39,912 nt of DNA from an uncultured Pseudomonadales bacterium (GTDB lineage Bacteria > Patescibacteriota > Microgenomatia > UBA1400 > PJMF01): contig CAYMSV010000004.1 in NCBI GenBank assembly GCA_964393205.1, positions 1 through 39,912 of the forward strand. The letters run 5' to 3'. The notes under the pieces are model-generated. The model was not told where the DNA came from. It did no database searches and saw only the letters and a program-made list of their open reading frames with translations. Shown here piece after piece: positions 14,790 through 24,224 of the stretch. Position numbers and translations under genes: made by a program. Position 1 is the stretch's first letter. Each line of letters begins with the position of its first letter.

Positions 14790-17700
14790 TTATTTGCAAT
14801 TTCTACTAACTTAATTTCCTCATCTGTTAATTCATACAATCTATAAACCATTTGGTTGATCTTTTTTTCTAAGTTCACCTGCTCGATGGGTGGGTTTTGA
14901 GGATCATAATTATCAGCAGATGTGATGGACAATATTTGATTAGTCAAATCAATGAAAGGTTGTTGATTAGATTTTGAAATTACCTTTATAGGAATTTCTG
15001 ATAATGGTCTCTTATATAGCTCAAGAGTATCGCCTTTTCTCTTGCCTCTGTTATATAGCCAAAAATAAATTAATTTAGAGTTTAATACAGATAACAAATA
15101 AGCAATTTCTAAATCATTTCTTATTGAAGTTATGTAATAAACATCACCAGCGCCAATAAGAGTGCCATCAGTTTTAGCAAATACATTCTTTTTAGAACGA
15201 TATGGACAAACAATATGTTTACCGGTGTCAACCAAGAAACTTCTTTTTGATCCTCTGAGCCAATACCAAGAGTTTTCATCATCATTAACCTGTTCTCTGG
15301 CTTTTAATATTGGACGAAATTTTGAAAGGTAATTTTTTATCCAAGGATAATTTTGAATATTTACTTCAGAGTCAACATATATATAAAACATTTCTTTTTT
15401 CAAAGAAACAAAAAATTTATAAATATCAGAATTCTTAATAAATGGCTTAATTATTTCATTTCTCTCAAACTTAGGAATATTTTCATAAGTTTCAAAATCA
15501 ATAATATATATGTTTGTTCCTATTTTTATATTATTTCTTGATAGATAATCATCAGTCACATATCTATTTTCTAAAGCTCTATTAAGAAGTGCTTTTCCCA
15601 CAACGTCTGCTCCAGACTGAACACCCATGTTTATATAACTAAGTTCACCCAAATCTACGCAGTTAGTTTTTATCTTATTTAATAATTTCGATTTTTTAGA
15701 ATCAGAATTATTTATACCTTCAAATCTGATGTAGTTATTCTCACCATCATATATTTGACCTTGAGATAAAGTTAAATATTTAGTTTCATCGTTTTTATTG
15801 TGAATTATCTCTGTTAATAAGTTTTCGCTAGCAGTGCCTTTTTTATTTGTGATAATTATTTTTGCATGGCAATTTTTATCTATTCTCTTTTCAAAAATTG
15901 TGATCATATTATGTTGACCAAGAGCAGATTTAAATATTCTAAGTTCATTAAAATTAATTAGATTTCTAATGACAGATCTATTCTTTAGATCTGATCGGAG
16001 TTTTTTGGCTCCATCAGCTGTGACAAAATAATTAGTTGTAATAAAAGCATTTTGAGATTCATCTCTACCAATATTTAACGCCAAATGAAAGAAAAAATAA
16101 AAAAGATCCATTTTTCTTTGGTAAAATGACTTGAGATTTCCATTGCTGATTTCTCTAAAGATTTTTTTATTTCCTTTTTCTCCAACATAAGGCGGATTGC
16201 CAATAACTATATCGAAACCGCCTTTTTCTTTAAATACATCACTGAATTCAAGCTTCCAAATGAAAAATGGCTTAATATTCTTATGTCTAAGTTTAACAAG
16301 ATTATTGAGCTCTTTAACTTTCTTCTGCTCTTTGAATGATTCCTCAATAATTTCCCATTTCAAGTTATCTATATCTTCTTTTAGTGTTTGTTTCTTTGTC
16401 TTCTGTGACTCATCCACATACTGACTTATTTTATTTTGCAAATCTTCAAGCTTCAGTTCTGAATTTGATTTTCCAAAGCCAAATGGTAATTGCTCTGGCT
16501 TGGAATCTTCTGTTTTTCCAAATATTCCTTCATCGAATAATTTGATACCTTCATATTCTGAAATCAAACTATTTCCTTGCATTATTTTGTGATCAAGGTT
16601 GGGCAGCGGGCTTGGAGTAGACTCTTCTACAATAAGAGTTAGCCATAAACGAAGTTTGGCGATCTCTACTGCACCAGGATCAATATCAACTCCATGAATT
16701 GAATTAGAGATAGCATGTTTTTTAAGTTGGTAGTCAGTGAGTCTTTTATCTAAATAAATGTTTAAGATTTTTCTGGCTCTGACGATTTCATTAATCATTC
16801 CTAATGGAAAAGCTCCAGAACCAACTGCTGGATCGGCAACCTTGATGTTCATTAGAAGCTCGTCCAACTCACTTGCTTTCTTTATAATAGATTCTGCTAA
16901 TAAAAGCTCATACTTGCCAGTATATTTATACCCTCGTTTTTGCTTTTCTCTAATTTTCTTTAAGGCTACACTGTCATTTTCAATAATTCTATCTCCTGTA
17001 TAGATAAAACTTTCAATGTCTTTTCTTTCAATCCCTTCAGTCTCAGATTCCAAATAATTGATCAGGCACTCTTGGCACATGTAATGCACAATTTCTCTAG
17101 GGGTATAGAATGCACCTTTGCTTTTTCTGTCTCTGACTTGAAGTAAGTTTTCAAAAACCTTACCAAGCATTTCTGGATCAACAGCAACTTCTTTTTCTAG
17201 GGGTTCATTTTCATTAACAGTAAAGTTGTATCTATCAAAAACGTCTAAAATACCATTGCCTTTATCTCCATTTTTCGTGGGAATATTATTGGAGAATACT
17301 TCATCAGGTATGTTGATATTAGTTGTTTCCCATGCATAATCGTTCATTGGCTCAAACAAACCACCGTTTAAAAATGGCATCTTACAGTTATTGAGTTTTG
17401 GATAAAATGAATTTTTACCTCTGTCTTGAGCTAGAGCCTCATAAAATAGTGGCTCTAATACATCATTGAAAAAGTTTTTACCATATTTTGATCTTCTCTC
17501 AAAGAGCTCTCTTAAAAAGTTTTTAGGCCCATCTCCCCAGGATTTATCTGGAGCAACTCCAAACCAGCCCTTCTTTTGAAGAAAATAAAGAAAGACAATT
17601 TGGCCCATTGTTTTCTTTGCAAAATCAACAGTATCAATTTCTTTAGAATTAAACTCATTTTTAATACTTTCATCATCTGAAATTATTTTTTCTAAATTCT

Positions 17701-18319
17701 CCTTGAAAATCAAGAAAAGTTCCTTGTACTTCTCAAAAAACTCGTTGGTTACTACTTCAATATCAAATGCAGATTCGAATTCTTCTAAGTTTGGTTTTTG
17801 ATTACTTACTAGAAGATTAACAAATCTACTCTGTGCAGTATGTGTTCCTTCGTTTCTCCCAACCAGAAAAGACCATCTTTTAGCTGGTGTAATTTCTTCT
17901 TTTGTAGATATCTTATTATTTTTAACTTCTAGAGAGTGTTCAAGTTTTATAAGTGAAAAGCGCCAATCATTTTTACTTTGAGGAATAAACGCAACCAATG
18001 CCGCTAGTTTATTATTAGATTTCAAATAGTCTGCAACGAAATTTCTTTGGGCAGTTCTAGCTCTGTCTAATGATTTATCATTTGTTAAATTTACTTCTAG
18101 GATATCTATCTTCTGTGATTTATCATCTTCGAAATGACCAAGGACTTTATAGTTATCAATAAATGACTTGAAAGAATCTTTTACATACGTGTTGTCAACA
18201 TTTTTGTTAACCCTTGTAAAATCTTTTAACAAATTACTAATAAAGAGCTGAAATTTATTATCATTAAACTCTGTACTAAAAACTTCGTTGATTATTCTTT
18301 TAGCATCACTTTGTTTCAT
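14786..18319 (-). CDS. Eco57I/YeeA-type N6-adenine DNA methyltransferase with a TaqI-like C-terminal specificity domain
   Basis: Motif I is VADPAVGSGAFPLG. HGVDIDPGAVEIAKLRLWL is present. Motif IV is VIGNPPYVGEKG. The C-terminal LSVLNSKLIYFWLYNRGKRKGDTLELYKRPLSEIPI is TRD-like. 1177 aa. Confidence 0.85.
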   Translation of the reverse strand: MKQSDAKRIINEVFSTEFNDNKFQLFISNLLKDFTRVNKNVDNTYVKDSFKSFIDNYKVLGHFEDDKSQKIDILEVNLTNDKSLDRARTAQRNFVADYLKSNNKLAALVAFIPQSKNDWRFSLIKLEHSLEVKNNKISTKEEITPAKRWSFLVGRNEGTHTAQSRFVNLLVSNQKPNLEEFESAFDIEVVTNEFFEKYKELFLIFKENLEKIISDDESIKNEFNSKEIDTVDFAKKTMGQIVFLYFLQKKGWFGVAPDKSWGDGPKNFLRELFERRSKYGKNFFNDVLEPLFYEALAQDRGKNSFYPKLNNCKMPFLNGGLFEPMNDYAWETTNINIPDEVFSNNIPTKNGDKGNGILDVFDRYNFTVNENEPLEKEVAVDPEMLGKVFENLLQVRDRKSKGAFYTPREIVHYMCQECLINYLESETEGIERKDIESFIYTGDRIIENDSVALKKIREKQKRGYKYTGKYELLLAESIIKKASELDELLMNIKVADPAVGSGAFPLGMINEIVRARKILNIYLDKRLTDYQLKKHAISNSIHGVDIDPGAVEIAKLRLWLTLIVEESTPSPLPNLDHKIMQGNSLISEYEGIKLFDEGIFGKTEDSKPEQLPFGFGKSNSELKLEDLQNKISQYVDESQKTKKQTLKEDIDNLKWEIIEESFKEQKKVKELNNLVKLRHKNIKPFFIWKLEFSDVFKEKGGFDIVIGNPPYVGEKGNKKIFREISNGNLKSFYQRKMDLFYFFFHLALNIGRDESQNAFITTNYFVTADGAKKLRSDLKNRSVIRNLINFNELRIFKSALGQHNMITIFEKRIDKNCHAKIIITNKKGTASENLLTEIIHNKNDETKYLTLSQGQIYDGENNYIRFEGINNSDSKKSKLLNKIKTNCVDLGELSYINMGVQSGADVVGKALLNRALENRYVTDDYLSRNNIKIGTNIYIIDFETYENIPKFERNEIIKPFIKNSDIYKFFVSLKKEMFYIYVDSEVNIQNYPWIKNYLSKFRPILKAREQVNDDENSWYWLRGSKRSFLVDTGKHIVCPYRSKKNVFAKTDGTLIGAGDVYYITSIRNDLEIAYLLSVLNSKLIYFWLYNRGKRKGDTLELYKRPLSEIPIKVISKSNQQPFIDLTNQILSITSADNYDPQNPPIEQVNLEKKINQMVYRLYELTDEEIKLVEIANK

Positions 18320-18323
18320 AAAA

Positions 18324-21300
18324 TTATTTACCTTTAAAGTATTCTGAGAGGATTATTTCTTTTTTGGCAGAAACATTCATATTTATACCATTATCTGAAT
18401 CTTCCAAAAATTCTGATGGAAGAGTGGTTTTTAAAATACCCAAAATTTTGATTGGATTATTAATAATCTCAATATTTTGAGATAGTTCCTGATAAATTTT
18501 CTGAGTTACTTTTTTAGGGATACCTCCGCTATTGAGCTCAACGATAACTCTTCGGACATATTCTTCGTCATCCTCAGTAAACTTTTCATAATTTTTTACC
18601 TGCTTAGCATTTAAGATTTTAAAAAGTCTAGCGGCATTATCTCTACTTCCTCTTTTGGTTGAAAATTCATTTTCTTCATAATCTTCTACCTGATTTAACA
18701 TCAAAAGATTCTTTTCAAGTAATTGGTAGAACAACTCATCAATCGTCATTCTCTTTTCACTAGCATTGGCATGAAGTGTTTTCGCCGCTTCAATAAAGTC
18801 AATTTCACGCGCATCTGTAGAAGAAGAGTTTTCGACAATAAAGAATTTTTGAATCTTTCCTTTTCTAAAGTATGTTAAAAGCTCTGTTTTAGAGTTCTGT
18901 GATTTTCTTGCAGTGCGAGCTTTCTTAGGGAGTCTTTTTATTTTTGCAAACAGTTTGGGATCATTATCTCTGATATCTCTGATTTCTTGTAAGTATCCCA
19001 AGTCGCTTTCTTCATTTTGATCTTCTCCCTCAATCATTTCTTTTGAAAGCATTCGACTAAATAAACTATGTCCCTCTGGAATTTCGTCGTCCGTGAGAAG
19101 CTTGGCATCAGCCCCAAGTAAAGTAATAAATGCTTGAATTTTTGCTTCGGCTAGTTCTTTTAGTTTAATTTGTTCGTTGGATTGCTCAGTAGGGAATAAA
19201 GTATAGGTATAAATTTCTTTATGCTTGGTGTCGACTCTATTTATACGTCCTACCCTCTGCATAATCTTGGTGGGATTCCAAGGAATATCGTAATTAATTA
19301 CAACATTGGCTTGGTGAAGATTAGCACCTTCAGATAAAACGTCAGTAGTTATTAAAACTTTATAGTCGTTTTTTATGACTCTGGAATTTGCATCAAAATT
19401 TTCCATCACAATTTCTCTTTCAGCTAGAGAACTCCCACCTGAAAAATAAATGATTTGGTCTGGAAAAATATCCTGCAGGTTTTTTAGTAGGTATTCTGCC
19501 GTCTCTTTTGATTCAGTAAAAATAATAGACTTACCACTTTTTACTGGTTCTTCTAAAGATAGTTTTTCTTTAAAAGCTAAAATCTTAGGATCTCTAGAGA
19601 TATTAGCCCAGAGTTTCTTGATATTTCTTAAGATTTCAAGATCTTCCTGTAAGTTGTTAATAAACTTTTCAGTAAAATCCTTCGTCTCAAATTTTTCAGC
19701 CTTATTATCTTCTACTAGTTTGTCGATTGCTTCTAAATTTCCTTCATCCAGATAATCGAAAATTTTCTGTATATGACTTCTACTAACGTAAACGCTTCCA
19801 TCTTCGTATGTTTCAATAAATCTCTCATACGAAGAAATAAATCGATCAATTGTTTTATTAAATGCATAAAAGCTACTTTCCAGTCTTTTTATCAGCAACA
19901 TTTTCATGAATTTCATCATGTTTTTCTGTTGATGTTTTTCTTGGTTAGTAATTCCTTTGTAGTATAAAAGAGGAGTGTAACGAGAATACTTAAAATCATT
20001 GGTAATTATTTTTAAAGTCTCAAAAAATACAGCATCTTCTTCTTTGCTAAATTCGTAAAATATTGGTGCAGGATCAGCAATTTTAGGAAAACTCATTTTT
20101 TGATTCTGAAGATCGTCTCCGTAGTATTTAACGATCTCAGTTCTAGTTCTTCTGACCATTAAATATTTAAGCACCTTTTCTCTGATCAATTTGGAATTTT
20201 CTTTTGTAACATCAATGTACTGTTGTTTATCTTTTTTTCGATCAAGATCTTTTAGTTTTTTGTCCAAAACCTTAAAAAAGCCTTCTAAGTTTGGTAAGTT
20301 AGGGATCGTACTTTGCTTTGATCTCTGAAAGAGTTTTATCTGAGAGAGTAAATCTTTTGGCGAATTATTATATGGTGTAGCAGTAACAAGAATAACTTTT
20401 TTTCCTCGGCAGATTTGGGCAAGTTTTGCATAAGTTTCAGTTTCTTCGGTGCGGAATCGATGTGATTCATCAATTAAAACTATGTCATATTCTTTATGCA
20501 AATCCTTATCGATAATTTTATCCAGCATTCCTATTGATTCACACCTATAGTCTTTAGATCTAAAACCAAAGTTTTTAAAAGAATTTTTCCAACTACCTTC
20601 ATTATTTTCATCAATCAAGTGAGGGGGGGCTAATACCAAAATTCTCCCTGCTAGCTCTTGGCAAAGCATAGTACCCATATATGTCTTACCAAGACCAACT
20701 ACGTCAGATAAAAATACGCCACCATATTCATCAACTATTTTTTTTGCGTTGATAACAGCATGATCTTGATATTTCAGTTCTTTAAAATTATCTGGCCTGT
20801 AATTATGACTCAAATTTTCTTCTTCATTGATTTCTTCTCTGAAGTATTCATAGAGAAATTTCAAATAGAGTTCGTATGGGGTAATGTCTTCTCTAATCCA
20901 AGTATCTTTTTCAATTGTTTCAATATATTTTTCACTAACATCGATGCCATTTTCCCAAAGTTCATTAAATTTATTCAATGCAAATTTATAGTCTGAGGGA
21001 TTTTTAAGCTCGACGTTAAATTCCAAATTATCTACTAAACCACTTTGTGTAAAATTGCTGGAACCTGTAATCACTCTCCCAAGATCTCGATCATCTTCAT
21101 CGAAGGTCATTATGTAGAGTTTTGAATGAATTTTTTCTTCAGGGTAAGCTCTTACTTCAAGCTTTCCAGACTTTAGCCATTCAAGAAACTTGTGTGCTCC
21201 TGTCTCAACTTCATGGTTATTTTCACTCTCATCCATCTCATTTTTAATACTTTCACCAATATCATCACCAATCTCCTTGTAGGATTTTGAGACCTGAAGA

Positions 21301-21509
21301 AGATCGTATGTTTGCTTATTGGTACTGATTCCGATTAAGATTCTTATCTTTTCAGTTTTTTCGAGCTGAGGGTATATGGCGTAAAAACCACTGGTATAAA
21401 AATAACCAACTAAAATATCGAATAAACGAGTATCTTTGACCAAAACATTAAATCTACTTTTTAGGTTTTCACCATTTTCATTAGTAATAAATGTTAAGTC
21501 TGTACTCAT
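18324..21509 (-). CDS. PLD (HKD) nuclease domain fused to an SNF2-family helicase
   Basis: The N-terminus has one HKD motif, HSKLYIM...GSSNFTQSGL. Helicase motifs are DVVGLGKTYM (I), VLIDESHRFR (II), LVTATPYNN (III), TDVLSEGANL and QRVGRINR (V/VI). 1061 aa, 4 nt upstream of the methyltransferase. Confidence 0.85.
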   Translation of the reverse strand: MSTDLTFITNENGENLKSRFNVLVKDTRLFDILVGYFYTSGFYAIYPQLEKTEKIRILIGISTNKQTYDLLQVSKSYKEIGDDIGESIKNEMDESENNHEVETGAHKFLEWLKSGKLEVRAYPEEKIHSKLYIMTFDEDDRDLGRVITGSSNFTQSGLVDNLEFNVELKNPSDYKFALNKFNELWENGIDVSEKYIETIEKDTWIREDITPYELYLKFLYEYFREEINEEENLSHNYRPDNFKELKYQDHAVINAKKIVDEYGGVFLSDVVGLGKTYMGTMLCQELAGRILVLAPPHLIDENNEGSWKNSFKNFGFRSKDYRCESIGMLDKIIDKDLHKEYDIVLIDESHRFRTEETETYAKLAQICRGKKVILVTATPYNNSPKDLLSQIKLFQRSKQSTIPNLPNLEGFFKVLDKKLKDLDRKKDKQQYIDVTKENSKLIREKVLKYLMVRRTRTEIVKYYGDDLQNQKMSFPKIADPAPIFYEFSKEEDAVFFETLKIITNDFKYSRYTPLLYYKGITNQEKHQQKNMMKFMKMLLIKRLESSFYAFNKTIDRFISSYERFIETYEDGSVYVSRSHIQKIFDYLDEGNLEAIDKLVEDNKAEKFETKDFTEKFINNLQEDLEILRNIKKLWANISRDPKILAFKEKLSLEEPVKSGKSIIFTESKETAEYLLKNLQDIFPDQIIYFSGGSSLAEREIVMENFDANSRVIKNDYKVLITTDVLSEGANLHQANVVINYDIPWNPTKIMQRVGRINRVDTKHKEIYTYTLFPTEQSNEQIKLKELAEAKIQAFITLLGADAKLLTDDEIPEGHSLFSRMLSKEMIEGEDQNEESDLGYLQEIRDIRDNDPKLFAKIKRLPKKARTARKSQNSKTELLTYFRKGKIQKFFIVENSSSTDAREIDFIEAAKTLHANASEKRMTIDELFYQLLEKNLLMLNQVEDYEENEFSTKRGSRDNAARLFKILNAKQVKNYEKFTEDDEEYVRRVIVELNSGGIPKKVTQKIYQELSQNIEIINNPIKILGILKTTLPSEFLEDSDNGINMNVSAKKEIILSEYFKGK

Positions 21510-21597
21510 ATTTATATTCTTTTCTATTTAGTTAATTCTTGACTTAAATTCAATTGAACTCACATCCAATTATAGACCAAATACTCTAACTTTGGGT

Positions 21598-21632
21598 TAT
21601 CAATGTACGTATTGATATGCTTCTATATCAAT
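21598..21632. promoter_or_regulatory. operator-like TATCAAT repeats
   Basis: TATCAAT (21598-21604) and its inverted copy ATTGATA (21611-21617), plus a third direct TATCAAT (21626-21632), lie just upstream of a -35-like hexamer. Confidence 0.35.
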
Positions 21633-21643
21633 ACTTGTCATAA

Positions 21644-21672
21644 TTGACAACTTTTTTCAACAGTGATACTGT
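21644..21672 (+). promoter_or_regulatory. candidate promoter
   Basis: TTGACA (21644-21649), 17-nt spacer, TACTGT (21667-21672). Confidence 0.35.
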
Positions 21673-21679
21673 GTTCTTA

Positions 21680-21788
21680 TATTATTAAGCAAGCGAGCTT
21701 AGATACAGTTTATCTTGGCAGATAAACAAACCTTTTCAAAGGTCCAAGTTAGCCAACCTCTCGCGGTTAGTTAACTTGGGCCTTTTTT
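21680..21788 (+). ncRNA. candidate ~110-nt short transcript or terminated leader (two hairpins) upstream of the phage-like operon
   Basis: Hairpin 1 is GTTTATCT-TGGC-AGATAAAC (21708-21727, 8 perfect pairs). Hairpin 2 with a T6 run is at 21741-21788. No ORF. The 5' end is only inferred from the promoter guess. Confidence 0.3.
21741..21788 (+). terminator. rho-independent terminator-like hairpin
   Basis: GGTCCAAGTTA...TAACTTGGGCC forms an 11-bp outer stem with one G-U, followed directly by TTTTTT (21783-21788). It ends 28 nt before the ATG at 21816. Confidence 0.55.
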
Positions 21789-21815
21789 CGTGGCCTCAAG
21801 TTAGAAGGAGGCCAT

Positions 21816-23084
21816 ATGGCACAAATACAAATAACAGAAGTGGATATCAATCTACTCAATCCCTCGATTTATAATCCGAGGAAGCTTTCAGAGAAACAAG
21901 AAAAAGATCTAACAGAGAGCTTAAAGCGTTTTTCTTTCGTTGACCCCTTGATAGTTAATTTTCATCCTGAAAGAAAAAATATCATTGTGGGTGGTCATGC
22001 CAGATACAAGGTGGCAAAAAAACTTGGCTATAAAACTGTTCCAGTTGTTTACGTTAACCTCACTCTAAAGAAAGAACAAGAATTAAACCTGAGGCTTAAC
22101 GAAAACGGAGGCTCATGGGATTACGAACTTTTGAAAGCATTTGATATCTCAATGCTCCTGGATGTTGGTTTTGATGAAAATGACCTGAGCCATATATGGG
22201 ATGACCAGTTCTCTACAGAAGACGATCAGTTTGATTCTCAAAAAGCTGTAGGAAAAAGTAAGGCGACTGAGATAAAGCCTGGAGATTTATTTCTTTTGGG
22301 CCAGCATTATCTTCTCTGCGGCGACTCCTCAAACCTAGAAGACGTTAAAAAGTTGGTGGGTAATAACAAGATTGATGTTGTCTATTCGGATCCCATATAC
22401 AACATTAGCCTAAGTTATGACAATGGAGTTACTACTAAGGGTAAGTACGGTGGGACTAAGGTTAACGACAATAAGTCTGATGAGGACTACAGGATGTTTT
22501 TGGAGAAGACACTTGCCAATGCTCTAGCCGTAGTCAATAAAGATGCTCACTTCTTTTACTACTGTGATCAATCGTATATCTGGTTGTTACAAAGCACATA
22601 CCAAAAGCTTGGAGTTAAAAATCAACGCGTATGCTTATGGCTGAAGAATTCCTTCAACCCGACCCCTCAAGTTGGATTCAACAAATCTTTTGAACCGTGT
22701 GTATATGGGACCATTGGTAGTCCATATCTCAATAGTAATGCCACCAAACTGAGTGAAATTTTAAACAAAGAGATTTCAACTGGCAACCGATCTCACTCAG
22801 ACATCATGGACATCTTTGATATCTGGCTGGCAAAGCGAAAAGCTGGTCATGATTACTTAACACCTACCGAGAAGCCGGTCACTCTTCATGAAAAACCACT
22901 AAGACGGTGTTCTAAACCAAATGACAAAGTCTTGGATTTATTTGGTGGCTCTGGTTCTACCTTGGTGGCCTGCGAACAGATGAATAGGCAAGCCTTCCTC
23001 ATGGAAATTGACCCAGTGTTTTGTCAGGTCATCGTTGATCGGTATCAAAAATTAACCAACAAGGAGGTCGTTCTATGCAAATAA
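21816..23084 (+). CDS. ParB-like nuclease domain fused to an N4/N6 DNA methyltransferase
   Basis: N-terminal LNPSIYNPRK ... IIVGGHARYKVAKKLGY (ParB N-terminal domain). VVYSDPIYN is a motif IV variant. DLFGGSGSTLVACEQ is motif I (beta-class order). GAAGGAGG SD upstream. Confidence 0.8.
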   Translation: MAQIQITEVDINLLNPSIYNPRKLSEKQEKDLTESLKRFSFVDPLIVNFHPERKNIIVGGHARYKVAKKLGYKTVPVVYVNLTLKKEQELNLRLNENGGSWDYELLKAFDISMLLDVGFDENDLSHIWDDQFSTEDDQFDSQKAVGKSKATEIKPGDLFLLGQHYLLCGDSSNLEDVKKLVGNNKIDVVYSDPIYNISLSYDNGVTTKGKYGGTKVNDNKSDEDYRMFLEKTLANALAVVNKDAHFFYYCDQSYIWLLQSTYQKLGVKNQRVCLWLKNSFNPTPQVGFNKSFEPCVYGTIGSPYLNSNATKLSEILNKEISTGNRSHSDIMDIFDIWLAKRKAGHDYLTPTEKPVTLHEKPLRRCSKPNDKVLDLFGGSGSTLVACEQMNRQAFLMEIDPVFCQVIVDRYQKLTNKEVVLCK

Positions 23085-23827
23085 CACGAGGCATGATTCT
23101 ACAACTCGGAGAGCATGTTCTGGGTTGTGGAAGTAGCACAGATACAGATTTTGTTAAAAAAGTGATTGGCAATGAAACCATCCACTCAATTCAGACTGAT
23201 CCCCCGTATGGTGTAGCAATAGCTGAGTCCTCCATGAACCCAACAGCTCACAAATCACTGGCAAATGACCATCTCCAGTCTGACAAAGAGTATATCCAGT
23301 TTACGAAAGACTGGCTAGAGCCGGTCAAACCATTTCTAGCCAAGAAGAACTCAATTTATTGCTGGAACTCAGACAAGATGATTTTTGCTCTGCGTGAAGC
23401 CATGATTCAGTCTGGTTTTAAGTTTTCACAGCTACTGGTGTGGGTGAAAAATCAGTCAACCATGGCAAGGCTTGACTACTTACCCCAGCATGAACTTTGT
23501 GCGTATGGTTGGTTTGGGACACATGTGTTTCAGAAAGCTCAAGATAAGTCAGTGCTCTTTGCTCCCAAGCCACAAAGAAGTAAATTTCATGCAACTATGA
23601 AGCCTCTCACCCTGATTCGTAGGTTGATTCTAAACTCAACTGAAGTTGAAGACACAGTCTACGATCCATTTTTGGGGAGCGGGACAACACTTTTAGCCGC
23701 TCACCAAACTCTTCGCAAGTGCATCGGGATTGAGCTGGATGAAGGCTATTGCCACACCATTGTAGAGCGTTGGGAGAAGCTGACGAACCTTGAAGCTACC
23801 GTAAGAAAGGAGACACATGAACAATGA
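23075..23827 (+). CDS. N4/N6 DNA methyltransferase (beta class)
   Basis: SIQTDPPYGV (motif IV) and YDPFLGSGTTLLAAHQ (motif I). Overlaps the upstream gene by 10 nt. Confidence 0.8.
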   Translation: MQITRGMILQLGEHVLGCGSSTDTDFVKKVIGNETIHSIQTDPPYGVAIAESSMNPTAHKSLANDHLQSDKEYIQFTKDWLEPVKPFLAKKNSIYCWNSDKMIFALREAMIQSGFKFSQLLVWVKNQSTMARLDYLPQHELCAYGWFGTHVFQKAQDKSVLFAPKPQRSKFHATMKPLTLIRRLILNSTEVEDTVYDPFLGSGTTLLAAHQTLRKCIGIELDEGYCHTIVERWEKLTNLEATVRKETHEQ

Positions 23828-24224
23828 TTTACAAGACCGAACCCAGCAAAACAGGCAGTTGATGCTCGAACAACTCAAGAAAACGCCAGTGGTGCAAATT
23901 GCTTGTGAAAAAACCGGAATTGCTAGATCCACATTTTATCGCTGGAAGGAGGAAAGCAAAGAATTTGCTAAAGAAGCTGATCAAGCTCTAGCTGAGGGTG
24001 TGGCGTTAGTAAATGACATGGCAGAGAGTCAGTTACTTTCTGCCATTCGAGACCGCAATATCTCTGCAATTTTCTATTGGTTGAATCATCGCCATTCAGC
24101 CTACAGCAACAAGCTAGAAATAACTGCAAAAGTGAAAGACGAAACACTCTCACCAGAACAAGAAGAATTAATAAAGAAGGCTCTTAAACATGCCTCACTC
24201 ATCATGAAAGGAAAAGATGAATAA
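23817..24224 (+). CDS. terminase small subunit-like HTH protein
   Basis: 135 aa with ACEKTGIARSTFYRWKEES as the HTH. It sits immediately upstream of TerL and overlaps it. Confidence 0.6.
   Translation: MNNDLQDRTQQNRQLMLEQLKKTPVVQIACEKTGIARSTFYRWKEESKEFAKEADQALAEGVALVNDMAESQLLSAIRDRNISAIFYWLNHRHSAYSNKLEITAKVKDETLSPEQEELIKKALKHASLIMKGKDE

Noticed and set aside
15353-20996. Plus-strand ORFs inside the methyltransferase and helicase genes (15353-15541, 16197-16424, 16758-17003, 19450-19755, 19773-19967, 20760-20996)
   Set aside because: They are antisense to long genes with complete catalytic motifs. Their low-complexity F/I/L/S-rich translations are what AT-rich antisense frames typically produce.
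21510-21597. Promoter for the helicase operon (minus-strand TATAAT at 21569-21574)
   Set aside because: The -10 match has no acceptable -35 or extended -10, and such hexamers arise by chance in AT-rich DNA.
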